DNA of 64,000 nt from a bacterium GBS-1 (GCA_001443005.1 LEKQ01000016.1:10788-74787); one strand, 5' to 3'. Shown: positions 45,358-55,343, numbered from the stretch's first letter. Translations and numbers: made by a program. The notes: generated from the sequence alone by a model not told the origin.

Positions 45358-47267
45358 GGATTGCCCTCGTAGGGCAACCTAACTGTGGCAAAAGCACCAT
45401 ATTCAATCAGGTTGCTGGGTACAGATCTATAGCGTCTAACTTTCCTGGGACAACTGTAACTTATACGATGAGCGATGTTCGCTTTGGCAGCAGGGTATTT
45501 GAGCTCATTGACCTCCCTGGTATCTATTCCCTCACTCCTGTCGATGAAGCGGAGAAGGAAGCGCGCAGGTTTATCCTTAGAACGGGTGCAGATCTATACA
45601 TAAACGTGGTTGACGCTTCGCTCCTTTCAAGAAGTCTCGAGTTTACGATAGAGCTTATGGAGCTTGAGATTCCCATGATTCTCTGCCTTAACATGATGGA
45701 TGAGGCGATGGAGAAGGGGATAATAATAGACGTTAATAAGCTTTCGCAGGTCTTAGGGGTTCCCGTAGTTGCGACGATCGCCAAGAGTGGTAAGGGAATT
45801 AAGGAGCTCTTTGAGACCGCCTTGAAGGCCATTGAGGATGGTGTTAGGGCTTCCCCTTTCAGTTTCTGCGGGGCTATAGAGAGAGCCATATCGGAGCTGG
45901 AAAGGCGAGTTAGGGATATAAACATAGTTGGTAAGCTTCCTGCAAGGTTTCTTACCATAAGGCTTATTGAGCAGGATGAGGAGATAGCTCCGCTGGTTTA
46001 TAGGTACTCTCCTGATTTAAAGCCCCAAGTTGACGAGCTTAGAGAGGGTTTGGTTAAAGAGTATAATCTCTCTCCTGAAGAAGTAATAGCCTCTCAGAGG
46101 CATGCTCTTGCCTTTAGCATCTTTGAGCAGGTCGCTAAGGTTAAAAGGGTAAGGGAGACCTTTAGGGAGAAGCTGGATTCCGTTATGCTTAACCCCTTCA
46201 TAGGCTATCCTCTTCTCGTTATAGCTCTTTACCTTTTCTTCGTTTCGGTCTTTAAGCTTGGAGCTCTTATTGAGGAACCGCTTCTTGAGATCTTTGACTC
46301 CCTTTACGGTTATGTGGAGCCCCTATTTAAGGGTGATAGCCTTTCGGCATACATGTTTAAAGGTTTATATGATGGTTTTACAGGTGGCCTCGCTATAGTT
46401 CTGCCTTACCTTGTCCCCTTTCTCATAGGATTGGCCTTCCTTGAGGATGTGGGTTATCTTCCTAGGATAGCCTTTCTGATGGATGCGATTATGCATAAGA
46501 TAGGCCTTCACGGTAAGGCCATAATTCCCTTGATGCTCGGATATGGATGCAACGTCCCCGGTGTCATGGCCGTGAGAGTTCTTGAGAGTTCGCGCGATCG
46601 CTTGATAGCCTCTATCTTAACCGTCTTAGTGCCCTGCGCTGCTCGCATGAGTATAATAATGGGTTTAGTCGGTTTCTATCTCGGTGGGAGCTGGGTTTTC
46701 TTCATATACGCTTTGAATCTCTTCATTATAGCCCTCTTAGGTTGGGGGTTCTCGAAGCTTCTTCCTGGCTACTGCGAAGGCTTGATAATGGAGGTTCCTC
46801 CCTATCGTTTTCCGACGATTCGGGGCATAATCGCTAAGATGTGGCTCAGGTTGCGGGAATTCATAGTAATCGCCTGGCCCCTTCTTTTAGCTGGTAGTGT
46901 GATTTTATCCCTTCTTTCTTATTATGGGCTTGAGGCCAAGATAAACGCCTTTTTAAGGTTCTTAACCTACTCTCTTGGTCTTCCCCTGGAGGTCGGCGTT
47001 ACCCTGATATTCGGGATACTGAGGAAGGAGCTCTCTCTCTTAATGCTTAAGCAGGCATTAGGAGGAGATCTTAAGCTTCTTCTTCCCTCTCAGATGCTCG
47101 TTTTCACCATCTTCGTCGTCTTTTACTTCCCTTGCATATCTACGTTGGGTGCCCTTGTGAAGGAGGTAGGGTGGAAGAGATCTTTGCTCATTGTTATTTT
47201 TACTATATTTTTGGCCTTTATATTGGCTTCCCTCGTTAGGGCTATTAGTTTACTATTCTTAGCTTGA
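45354..47267 (+). CDS. feoB: Ferrous iron transporter FeoB (G-domain plus membrane domain)
   Basis: IALVGQPNCGKSTIFN, DLPG, polytopic C-terminal part with gate motifs. The GTG at 45354 overlaps the feoA stop (GTGA). Confidence 0.9.
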   Translation: MRIALVGQPNCGKSTIFNQVAGYRSIASNFPGTTVTYTMSDVRFGSRVFELIDLPGIYSLTPVDEAEKEARRFILRTGADLYINVVDASLLSRSLEFTIELMELEIPMILCLNMMDEAMEKGIIIDVNKLSQVLGVPVVATIAKSGKGIKELFETALKAIEDGVRASPFSFCGAIERAISELERRVRDINIVGKLPARFLTIRLIEQDEEIAPLVYRYSPDLKPQVDELREGLVKEYNLSPEEVIASQRHALAFSIFEQVAKVKRVRETFREKLDSVMLNPFIGYPLLVIALYLFFVSVFKLGALIEEPLLEIFDSLYGYVEPLFKGDSLSAYMFKGLYDGFTGGLAIVLPYLVPFLIGLAFLEDVGYLPRIAFLMDAIMHKIGLHGKAIIPLMLGYGCNVPGVMAVRVLESSRDRLIASILTVLVPCAARMSIIMGLVGFYLGGSWVFFIYALNLFIIALLGWGFSKLLPGYCEGLIMEVPPYRFPTIRGIIAKMWLRLREFIVIAWPLLLAGSVILSLLSYYGLEAKINAFLRFLTYSLGLPLEVGVTLIFGILRKELSLLMLKQALGGDLKLLLPSQMLVFTIFVVFYFPCISTLGALVKEVGWKRSLLIVIFTIFLAFILASLVRAISLLFLA

Positions 47268-48108
47268 GCTTTCTTGCGAACTCCAAGGTTTCACTCCACT
47301 CGATGGCGTTTATCCTTCTTGATATCTTAGGGTAGCTATGTGCGCGATAGGTTGGATAGTACTGGTCCATCAAGTTTACAGCTATGCCGGGGAAGTTTTT
47401 TGTGAGGAGCTCAAGCGCTTTAAACGAAGATGCTGCATCATTAGGCATTATGAGATGTCTCACGAAGACCCCCTTCCTCGCCAAACCGTTGGGAGCTATC
47501 TCCAGATGCCCCACTTGAGAGAGCATCTCATCTATAGCCTCTAAAGCTACCTCAGTGTAGTTTTTAACCTTCGACAGCTCTTCTCCAGCCTTAGACTCGC
47601 CGTATTTAAAGTCGGGCATGTAGATATCTATCAATCCTTTAAGTGCCCTTAAAGTTTCAACGGAATCGTATCCTCCGGAGTTATAGACTATGGGAACTTC
47701 TAAGCCCCTTGCCCTCGCGAGCTCTATTGCCTTGGCTATTGAGTAAACATGGGGCGTAGGCGTTACAAGGTTTATGTTGTGGCATCCAACCTTTTGAAGA
47801 AGAAGCATTATCTTAACCAGGTCTTCAATATCAACTACTTTGCCTGAGCCTAACTGGCTTATGTCGTAGTTCTGACAGAATACGCAACGCATGTTGCAGT
47901 AGGTGAAGAAGATCGTCCCTGATCCTCCCCTTCCGACGAGAAAGCTCTCCTCCCCAAAGTGAGGACCATAGCTGCTTATCATGGGGTCGAGCGTCGAAAC
48001 TCTACAGAAGCCAGCGATACCTTTTCTACGATCCACCTCACACCTATGAGGGCACAATCTACAAGGAGAGGTTAGCGATTCAAGTTCCTCTACCCTTGGG
48101 CTTTCCAT
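47245..48108 (-). CDS. Radical SAM protein, PflX-like (COG1313-type activase homolog)
   Basis: N-terminal CRLCPHRCEVDR..G.AGFC cluster and the radical-SAM CxxxCxxC motif (CNMRCVFCQN). The 3' end overlaps the feoB 3' end convergently by 23 nt. Confidence 0.75.
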   Translation of the reverse strand: MESPRVEELESLTSPCRLCPHRCEVDRRKGIAGFCRVSTLDPMISSYGPHFGEESFLVGRGGSGTIFFTYCNMRCVFCQNYDISQLGSGKVVDIEDLVKIMLLLQKVGCHNINLVTPTPHVYSIAKAIELARARGLEVPIVYNSGGYDSVETLRALKGLIDIYMPDFKYGESKAGEELSKVKNYTEVALEAIDEMLSQVGHLEIAPNGLARKGVFVRHLIMPNDAASSFKALELLTKNFPGIAVNLMDQYYPTYRAHSYPKISRRINAIEWSETLEFARKLKLRIVN

Positions 48109-48688
48109 CGATGGTCAGCTCCTCTCCCTTAAGGAGCCTTCTTATGTTCTCCCTGTGGGTGTAAAGGACAAGGGCAAGCGCTATTATCGAAAAGTAGGGA
48201 AGAGCTTTCGGAGAAAGTGGGACTATATAGGCCCACGCTATGCTTGAGGCTACACCGCATAGCGATCCTAAGGATGAGTATCTTGTTATCTTAACTAGGC
48301 TATACCAGACGAAAGCTGAGAGAATGGCCACAGGTAAAGATGCTGCTAAAAGAACGCCATAGGTGGTGGCTATTCCTTTACCTCCCTTGAACTTTAAGAA
48401 AGGGGTCCATACGTGTCCGCAGATAGACGCAAACCCCGAAGCTAAGGCTATCTCTTGAGAGCCTGTAAACTTCAGGGCTATAAGGTAGGATAGCGCTCCT
48501 TTAGTGAGGTCTCCTAAGAGCGTTATAAAGCCTGCTTTTCTGCCTAAGGTTCTCCTTACATTTGCCATTCCTATATTTCCGCTTCCGTATTTTCTTATGT
48601 CTATCCCTGAGCTGAGCTTAGCGTAAACGTATCCCGTTGGAAATGAACCTAAAAGAAAACCTAAAATTATGAAGATGATGTAATCCAT
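48080..48688 (-). CDS. plsY: Glycerol-3-phosphate acyltransferase PlsY
   Basis: GSFPTGY......GIDIR..GSGN.G..N and FKGGKG.AT motifs. About 200 aa polytopic protein. Confidence 0.9.
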   Translation of the reverse strand: MDYIIFIILGFLLGSFPTGYVYAKLSSGIDIRKYGSGNIGMANVRRTLGRKAGFITLLGDLTKGALSYLIALKFTGSQEIALASGFASICGHVWTPFLKFKGGKGIATTYGVLLAASLPVAILSAFVWYSLVKITRYSSLGSLCGVASSIAWAYIVPLSPKALPYFSIIALALVLYTHRENIRRLLKGEELTIDGKPKGRGT

Positions 48689-48707
48689 ATAACTATATAT
48701 CTACCTC

Positions 48708-49235
48708 CTATTTTAAAGTTTCCCTTATTATCGATCTATTCTTGAGGAAGTAATCCAAGCCTGATAAAATAGTAACTATCGCGGTCGCCCATAGGATGAG
48801 CGAGCTTATCATCTTTTCAAACCCCAAAAGTATGATGAACACGGCTATGGTCTGAAGTAGCATCTTGGCCTTTCCAAAGGAGCTTGCTGCTATAATTATG
48901 TTTTTATTTGCTGCCAATGTTCTCAGTCCCGTTACTAAAAACTCCCTCGTTATTATGACTATGGCTATCCATGCTGGAACCTTTCCCAATTGAACGAAGC
49001 TCACAAATGCACCGGTTATTAGGATCTTATCTGCTATTGGGTCAAGAAGCTTACCCGCATCGGTGACGGTCCTTTGGGCTCGCGCTATCCTCCCGTCGAG
49101 ATAGTCCGTTAAAGATGCGATGGAGAAGATGATCAGAGATATGGTTTTCAGTTCCCCCTCTTCTGTTAGGCAGGATACTATAAATGGTATAGTAAGAATC
49201 ATTCTAAGTAAAGTTAGCTTGATCGCTAGGTTCAC
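48708..49235 (-). CDS. pgsA: CDP-diacylglycerol--glycerol-3-phosphate 3-phosphatidyltransferase
   Basis: CDP-alcohol phosphatidyltransferase motif D.LDG..AR.....T..G..LDP.ADK. Confidence 0.85.
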   Translation of the reverse strand: MNLAIKLTLLRMILTIPFIVSCLTEEGELKTISLIIFSIASLTDYLDGRIARAQRTVTDAGKLLDPIADKILITGAFVSFVQLGKVPAWIAIVIITREFLVTGLRTLAANKNIIIAASSFGKAKMLLQTIAVFIILLGFEKMISSLILWATAIVTILSGLDYFLKNRSIIRETLK

Positions 49236-49238
49236 TCT

Positions 49239-50363
49239 TTAACTCCCTCCGCGCAAAAGTATCCTTGAAAGCAGCCTCTCTTGAATCTTCACTGCTCCTA
49301 CAGGACATAGCTCATGACAGCAGAAACACATGATACACTTTCTCTCATCAACCCTTGGATAGGGATTAAGCTCTATAGCTTTCACCGGACAATTCTTCGC
49401 ACATATACCACATCTTACACACTTATTTTCATCCATCCTTACCCTCGATGTCAATCCCTTCCATAAAAAGGAGGGCAAAGCACGCGCAAGTATGCCGCTT
49501 TTAGGGGGCTCGAAGTTGAAGGAAACCTCTTTAAGCTCCTCCCCCAGGATTTCTATTCTATCTGGGTTGAGGTTTCTATCTTCAGCCACCTTTATCGTGG
49601 GTATGCGTCCAGGTTTAAACCCCATTATTTTAGATGCCACTATGTCTACTGCGAAGGAGTTTTCTCCGCCAAATATCAGCTTGGTTTCAATTGGTTTTCC
49701 CCAGGATGGTCCCTCCCCTTCCATGGAAAGGGTGGCATCGACTATAGATAGGGTGGGTTTAACGGCAAGATGAATGTTTATGAGAGCGTGGGAGAAGCTC
49801 TCAGGATCCCTAGCCTCTGCATGTACCCTTGCTTTCTGCCCCCCGGGAAGACAGCCGAAGGTGTTCTTCACGGCGCATGTCATTACGGTAAAGTTATGGG
49901 TTTTCAGCTTAGGCACGTTTATTACCTTATCGGCTTCAAAGACAGCCTGGGCCAGGGCAATGTGAATTTTCCCCCTCTTCCCTAAGCCTATTTCAATGAT
50001 CCTTTTGCCTTCCTCATCGAAGTTTCTCAACTTTAGCTTCGGGTATCTCTTAAGCAGATCTTTAAGATTTATGCTATCCATAGTCCTTTCTGTAGCGCTC
50101 TTTGTTGATACTCCGGAGCTGTCTCCTATCCATACCTCTGAAGCTAAGGGGTGGATAAGCTCGACTATCGCTTCTATTACCCTGGGATCCGTTATTCTCG
50201 CTTCCTCGATCCTCGATGGGGAAAGGAGATTGGGCTTTATGAGGACCTTATCTCCCAGGGAGACGAATCTCTCAACGCCACCTAAGAGATCAAATATTTC
50301 ATTGACTTTCGCCCTTATCTCTTGGTAGCTTATCTCCTTAAGCTTCCGAATAGCGACTTTCAT
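49239..50363 (-). CDS. DUF362-type protein with C-terminal 2x[4Fe-4S] ferredoxin domain
   Basis: Two CxxCxxCxxxCP motifs (CVRCGICAKNCP, CIMCFCCHELCP) at the C-terminus. The N-terminal region matches the DUF362 pattern from memory. The ATG at 50363 avoids overlap with the rpiR-like gene. Confidence 0.6.
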   Translation of the reverse strand: MKVAIRKLKEISYQEIRAKVNEIFDLLGGVERFVSLGDKVLIKPNLLSPSRIEEARITDPRVIEAIVELIHPLASEVWIGDSSGVSTKSATERTMDSINLKDLLKRYPKLKLRNFDEEGKRIIEIGLGKRGKIHIALAQAVFEADKVINVPKLKTHNFTVMTCAVKNTFGCLPGGQKARVHAEARDPESFSHALINIHLAVKPTLSIVDATLSMEGEGPSWGKPIETKLIFGGENSFAVDIVASKIMGFKPGRIPTIKVAEDRNLNPDRIEILGEELKEVSFNFEPPKSGILARALPSFLWKGLTSRVRMDENKCVRCGICAKNCPVKAIELNPYPRVDERKCIMCFCCHELCPVGAVKIQERLLSRILLRGGS

Positions 50364-50376
50364 AGAAAATATTATA

Positions 50377-51240
50377 TCATTCGGAGATACCATACTTAAC
50401 GAGAACTTCGCTTAACAAGTTTAGACGCTTTTGTGATTCGGCCTTTAATTTAGATCCTACAGCAGCTACGATAGCATCACATACTGCCACGAAGGTTATA
50501 GCGCTATAATGACTGGTGTTTTGCGGGGATAGAAGCGTTTCTGTAGCCAGTGGAATCATGGCATTAGATAAGCTATTAGTAATTAGAATTATAGGTACGC
50601 CATTTTTGTGAGCAAAATCTATGGCATATTTGGTTCTTTTAGTGTATCGAGGGACTCCTGCCATCAACGCTATCATAACATCTTGGGGTTTCATGTCTAT
50701 CAAAACTTCAAACATTTCATCTGTTCCATTTGCGTCTACGAGGAAGACATCCTCTCTATATTGAAGAAGTAATGCATGCAGATAGAGAGCTATTCCTCTT
50801 GTAGATCTTAAGCCTATTATGTATACTCTTCTTGCTTTTGCGATTATATCGACGCTTCTGGGGAAAGCTTTCAGAAGCTGTTCGTTGAGCAGGTCTTCTA
50901 AGGCTCTTACGCTCTCGCTTATTATTTTCTCTAGAAGCCCATTTTCATCCAAAGCCTTAAGTGCCTCCCGCATTTTATTTAGAGGCATGCCATGGGTCTC
51001 AGATATATACTCTTTAAGCTTTTCCTTAAGGTCCTTATAGTTTTTAAAACCGAGGTTTACGGACACCCTATGTATTGTAGCTAAACTTGTCTTCGTTTCC
51101 TCAGCAAGTTCTTGAGCGCTTGAAAAAGCAACCTTAATATAATTATTAATTATGTAGTCACAAAGTTTTTTTTGCTTTTTCGGCAAGATTTCCCTTTTTT
51201 GTCTAATTTGGCAAACAACATCTACTTTATCTTCCTTCAT
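50377..51240 (-). CDS. RpiR/MurR-family transcriptional regulator (HTH plus SIS domain)
   Basis: N-terminal HTH_6-like segment (L.KKQKKLCDYIINNY..VAFSSAQELAEETKTSLATIHR) and an SIS-like Rossmann segment (VYIIGLRSTRGIALYL). Confidence 0.75.
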   Translation of the reverse strand: MKEDKVDVVCQIRQKREILPKKQKKLCDYIINNYIKVAFSSAQELAEETKTSLATIHRVSVNLGFKNYKDLKEKLKEYISETHGMPLNKMREALKALDENGLLEKIISESVRALEDLLNEQLLKAFPRSVDIIAKARRVYIIGLRSTRGIALYLHALLLQYREDVFLVDANGTDEMFEVLIDMKPQDVMIALMAGVPRYTKRTKYAIDFAHKNGVPIILITNSLSNAMIPLATETLLSPQNTSHYSAITFVAVCDAIVAAVGSKLKAESQKRLNLLSEVLVKYGISE

Positions 51241-51305
51241 CTTCTTCGCCTCCGATTGTGAGCCTGTTTATGATCCTTTGTTTGTTTCGGAAATACCTTT
51301 CCATT

Positions 51306-52340
51306 TTAGCCACCGTTGATATTGGGAGCTTTGTCTTGCTCTAAGAGTTTAAGCAAGCTTTGGGGGTATCTCATAGATTCGATGGGATAGGAGATGTTCG
51401 CTATATGAATATTCTTCGTTAATCCCAGCTCAACTAAAGGAGCTAGGTAGTTAGCTCCTCCGAATACTACTATGAGCCCTCTGTTTTTTTCCCATATAGA
51501 GAAGCGGAATCTGTTAGGGATCGTGTAGCTGTGGTAAATCGGTTTTCTAAAAGGCGTGTTTTCTAGAAGATCTACTGTTTTTATAACCTTTTCGTATAGG
51601 ATTGACGGAAAGGTTTTGATGGCTGCGGTTACGTGTCCTATTCCTGTTGATATGTAAGAGCTGACAGATGTGTATCCTCCACGAATGAAGAGCTCTCCTG
51701 GGCTTATGGTGGTTCCGGTGTGTATCATGATCTCAGAGAAGCCTCGAACCTTTTCCTCTTCTATGAAAAGTATGCCTGTAGCTGTGCTTTCTATGGGTAT
51801 TCCTCTTTTTTGGAATATGAGGTCGTAATTTCTAGAACTTGGAACGATTAAGGCAACCTCATCCTCTTGAATGAAGATGGTCTTTAACTTTTTCGGTCCT
51901 GGTTCTATCGCTATAAGTGGAGAGAATATGATTTGCCTTTGGCTTAACTTAATCATTATCTCCAAGCTTTCCCTAAGCTGTTCTCTTTTTATGATTAAGG
52001 TGTTTGCGACTATAGAGCCAGTGTTTTTATCTATGTCATAGCTAGATTCCCAAAAAGCTTTTTCTCCTTCTATAGCCATTTCTCCAAGCCTTTCCGGAAG
52101 AAGCATTATTTTAGCTTCTTCAAGCCCTTTTTTCGTGAGCATAACTCCTCTTTTACCTAAGCGTTTTACTAATCCCTTCTTTTCCATATTTAACAGGTGA
52201 TACCTTATTGTGCGGGAATCTACATTAAGCCCCACTTTGCGAAGTCTCTCCTGCAGGTAGAGAGATGTTACAGGTGTCTCTTGGAAGTAGAGATTCTTAA
52301 CTATTTCTAAAAGGGTTGAGGGATGCTCCTCCAGCTCCAT
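51306..52340 (-). CDS. NrpR-like regulator (winged HTH plus one NrpR/DUF128 domain)
   Basis: wHTH LLEIVKN....PVTS..LQERL...GLNVDSRTIRYHLLNMEKKGLV.RLGKRGVMLTKKGLEE followed by a ~230-aa domain. The likely start is the ATG at 52340 after GGGGGTGA; the ORF track extends to 52454. A canonical NrpR operator lies in the adjacent divergent promoter. Confidence 0.6.
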   Translation of the reverse strand: MELEEHPSTLLEIVKNLYFQETPVTSLYLQERLRKVGLNVDSRTIRYHLLNMEKKGLVKRLGKRGVMLTKKGLEEAKIMLLPERLGEMAIEGEKAFWESSYDIDKNTGSIVANTLIIKREQLRESLEIMIKLSQRQIIFSPLIAIEPGPKKLKTIFIQEDEVALIVPSSRNYDLIFQKRGIPIESTATGILFIEEEKVRGFSEIMIHTGTTISPGELFIRGGYTSVSSYISTGIGHVTAAIKTFPSILYEKVIKTVDLLENTPFRKPIYHSYTIPNRFRFSIWEKNRGLIVVFGGANYLAPLVELGLTKNIHIANISYPIESMRYPQSLLKLLEQDKAPNINGG

Positions 52341-52464
52341 ATTTACTATCACCCCCATTAACTTTATAACCCCTAAAAAGATCATTTTAGGGAAGCGGCT
52401 ATCCAAGAGTTTTGGAAGAGTTCTCTTATCATAAATTTTATCATTGTTTTTCAAGTTACCATAC

Positions 52465-52493
52465 TTGCAAAAAGAGAATACTTATGCTATAGT
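52465..52493 (+). promoter_or_regulatory. Sigma-70-type promoter of the DUF1446/PrpD operon
   Basis: TTGCAA (52465-52470), 17-nt spacer, TGcTATAGT (TATAGT at 52488-52493). Confidence 0.6.
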
Positions 52494-52501
52494 GGAGTCA
52501 G

Positions 52502-52523
52502 TTGTGGAAGTGTATTTCCACAA
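52502..52523 (+). promoter_or_regulatory. Perfect palindromic operator TTGTGGAA-N6-TTCCACAA (contains GGAA-N6-TTCC)
   Basis: 8-bp perfect inverted repeat around a 6-nt spacer. It lies immediately downstream of the -10 and immediately upstream of the RBS AAGGAGGGG. Confidence 0.65.
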
Positions 52524-52536
52524 AGGAGGGGTGAAG

Positions 52537-53922
52537 GTGAAGAGGGTGTCTATATTGGTTTCTACGGGAAACTTGGGTGACAACATAATAGAGAAGGGTA
52601 GTTTTTATGAGGGCGTTAAGAGGGATATAGATTGTTTTGCTAATGATGCTGGAACGGCGGATGCGGGACCAACGTTCTTAGGTGCTGATATGCCTCATAA
52701 TCCAATAGAGTGGGAACGACACGATCTTGAGCTGCTTTTGGTCGAAAGCAGAAAGAAAGGAGTTCCGATGATAGTAGGGTCCTGTAGCACCACTGGAACA
52801 GATAAAGCTGTAGATAGATACGCTCAAATCATAAGAGAGGTAGCTAAAGAGAGAAGGCTTGGTCCCTTTAAGATGGCTTTGATATATTCTCAAATAGATA
52901 AGGATGAATTGGCTAAAAGAGTTGAGCGTGGAGATACCGAGCCCTTAGGGGCGGATTATCCTATAACTGAGGAAGTATTGGCTCAGACCAATAACGTAGT
53001 TGCCATGATGGGGGTAGAGCAGATAATCCATGCCTTAAGTTTCGGAGCGGATGTGATTCTCGCTGGGAGGGCCTGTGATGATGCTGTTCTGGCTGCCTAT
53101 CCTATATATAAGGGCTTTCCTAAAGGTATAAGCTTGCACATGGGTAAGGCTTGTGAGTGCGCTTCTTTAGTGTGCTGGCCCCAAAAGGTTAAAGAGTCCA
53201 TAGTGGCTACGGTAACTCACGAGTATTTTTCTATAGAGCCTATGCATCCTGAACAGCGGGCTACTCCTCATAGTGTAGCTGCTCATTCTATGTATGAGAG
53301 GACAAATCCCTTCATACAAGCGGTTCCTGGAGGGGTACTTGATATGCATGAATGCATTTATGTAGCAGAGAACGAAAGAATAACTAGAGTGTATGGAAGT
53401 AAGTTCATACCATCACCTGACGGTTCTTACAAGGTAAAAATCGAGGGGGCAGGGGAAATAGGTTACAGAGTTTATCATATAGTTGGTGTTAGGGATCCGC
53501 GGGCTATTTTTTATATGGACATGATTCTGCAGGAGACTCGCAGGAAGGTTTCTGAGATAATAGGCCCCCATCGTGATAAAGATTACCAACTTTTCTTTCA
53601 CGTATATGGTAAAAACGCTATAATGAAAGATTTTGAACCGGTGAAGCAAACCAGCTCTCATGAGGTGGCGATAGTAATAGAATCGATTTCTAAGGATAAG
53701 GAGCTTGCTACTGCAGTGGCTAAATGTGCAAAGTTTAGACTCTTTTATATGAGCTATCCTGGACAGATGAATTCCTCGGGAGGTTCTGTGGCCTTGCTAA
53801 CCGATGAACCTCTGTATCCTCAGAACAAATGTTATAAGTGGACTATAGATCACCTTTTGAGACTTGATGATCCCTTGGATCCCAAAATATTTCGTTACAA
53901 GTTTGAGATAGTCAGGGGATAG
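52537..53922 (+). CDS. DUF1446 (AtuA N-terminal-like) protein
   Basis: About 460 aa. KRVSILVSTGNLG..., GTADAGP..LG, overall pattern recalled from acyclic-terpene-utilisation AtuA-family proteins. A separate DUF4387-like gene lies nearby. The GTG at 52537 follows GGAGG; the ORF-track start is 52444. Confidence 0.55.
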   Translation: MKRVSILVSTGNLGDNIIEKGSFYEGVKRDIDCFANDAGTADAGPTFLGADMPHNPIEWERHDLELLLVESRKKGVPMIVGSCSTTGTDKAVDRYAQIIREVAKERRLGPFKMALIYSQIDKDELAKRVERGDTEPLGADYPITEEVLAQTNNVVAMMGVEQIIHALSFGADVILAGRACDDAVLAAYPIYKGFPKGISLHMGKACECASLVCWPQKVKESIVATVTHEYFSIEPMHPEQRATPHSVAAHSMYERTNPFIQAVPGGVLDMHECIYVAENERITRVYGSKFIPSPDGSYKVKIEGAGEIGYRVYHIVGVRDPRAIFYMDMILQETRRKVSEIIGPHRDKDYQLFFHVYGKNAIMKDFEPVKQTSSHEVAIVIESISKDKELATAVAKCAKFRLFYMSYPGQMNSSGGSVALLTDEPLYPQNKCYKWTIDHLLRLDDPLDPKIFRYKFEIVRG

Positions 53923-53927
53923 GGGAG

Positions 53928-55343
53928 GTGATCTGGGAATTGGAAAGCGTAAAGGATACGCTTCTCCTTAGGCTTTCGGGGTTTTATTCCAGTTTGGACT
54001 TAGATAGCATTCCTCAAGAAGTGATAGAAAGGGCTAAGGAGCGTCTTATAGATTTTTTGGGTGTATTGGCTGTGGGGTTTAAGAGAGGAGAGGTTGCCTC
54101 CTATGTGAATAAATATGTGCTGAGTTTAGGGGGAAAAGAGGAATCTACCATTCTTTGCTTGAACAGGAAGGTCCCAGCTATTCATGCGGCTTTAGCTATG
54201 GGGGCTATGGCGCATTCAGTGGAGCTTGACGATGGGCATAGATGGGGCACATCGCACCCTGGGGTAGCGATAATACCATCTGTTTTAGCTTTCGGTGAGA
54301 GAGAAGGTAGTGATTTCAAGAGGATGCTTGGAGCCATAGTTGTGGGGTACGATCTCATGCTAAGGGTTGCAAGAGCCATAAACCCATCCCATTTAAGAAG
54401 GGGCTTTCATTCAACGGGTACCTGTGGAGCCTTGGGATCTGCAGCAGCATGCGCGTTCCTTAAGGGCTTCGATGCATTGAGAACCGCCTACTCTGTATCT
54501 ATAGGTGGCTTGCAGAGCGCAGGAATACAGGAGATGCTTCATGACAATCCGTCTATAAAGGTTCTCCAAGCTGGTCATGCTGCTATGGCTGGTGTTTTAG
54601 CAGCTGATCTCGTTGCTCTAGGAGCTAGAGGCCCTAGAACGCTCTTTGAAGGAAAGCATGGTTGGCTCAAGGCCATGTGTAATGGAGAGTATGACGAGAG
54701 AGCTTTAATAGGTGATCTGGGCAAGCGATGGGAGATAAACTTCGCTTATACAAAGCTGTATCCCACTTGTAGGCATTGTCATGCTTCTATAGATTTGGCG
54801 ATAGAAGCTAAGGATACCCTGGGAATACAAAGCCTTAAAGAGGTTAAGGAGGTCTTGATCCGAACATATTCTGTGGGCATAGCTGAGGTCGGCAATATAG
54901 CTTGTCCGAGCTCCTTTGAGGAAGCTCTTTTTAGCCTGCCCTTCTCCGTTTCCGTGGCTCTCATGAAGGGGAATGTAACCCTAGAGGATTACTCTGAGGA
55001 GTCGCTTAGAGATGAGGAACTTAAGGTTTTTGCTAGGGATAGGGTTAAGATTGAGTCTGATCCCGATATGGATAAGTTGTATCCGGAGGAGCGAGGTGCC
55101 TATATGAGAGTATTAACCAGTGATGGAAGGGTGTTTGAGAGAAAGGTTTCTATTCCTCTAGGAGAACCGGAAAGACCTGTGGATCGCGATCGGCTCTACA
55201 AGAAGCTTTCCTCCATACTTGAACCTTACTATCCTGAAAGCTTTCTGAAGGAATTATGGCGTGTGATCATGGAAAGGAGACCTGAGGAATCCTCTTTCGA
55301 GGATATAAAGGAGGTTTATAGGAGGTATTGTGAAAATGGTTAG
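53928..55343 (+). CDS. MmgE/PrpD-family protein, paralog 1
   Basis: N-terminus L..F...L.LDSIPQEVIERAKERLIDFLGV...G, H.VELDDGHRWGTSHPG, C-terminal alpha/beta domain, 471 aa. Confidence 0.8.
   Translation: MIWELESVKDTLLLRLSGFYSSLDLDSIPQEVIERAKERLIDFLGVLAVGFKRGEVASYVNKYVLSLGGKEESTILCLNRKVPAIHAALAMGAMAHSVELDDGHRWGTSHPGVAIIPSVLAFGEREGSDFKRMLGAIVVGYDLMLRVARAINPSHLRRGFHSTGTCGALGSAAACAFLKGFDALRTAYSVSIGGLQSAGIQEMLHDNPSIKVLQAGHAAMAGVLAADLVALGARGPRTLFEGKHGWLKAMCNGEYDERALIGDLGKRWEINFAYTKLYPTCRHCHASIDLAIEAKDTLGIQSLKEVKEVLIRTYSVGIAEVGNIACPSSFEEALFSLPFSVSVALMKGNVTLEDYSEESLRDEELKVFARDRVKIESDPDMDKLYPEERGAYMRVLTSDGRVFERKVSIPLGEPERPVDRDRLYKKLSSILEPYYPESFLKELWRVIMERRPEESSFEDIKEVYRRYCENG

Noticed and set aside
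47245-47267. 23-nt convergent overlap of the feoB and radical-SAM gene 3' ends as a possible antisense regulatory feature
   Set aside because: Short convergent overlaps are common in compact genomes. No structure or additional signal was seen.
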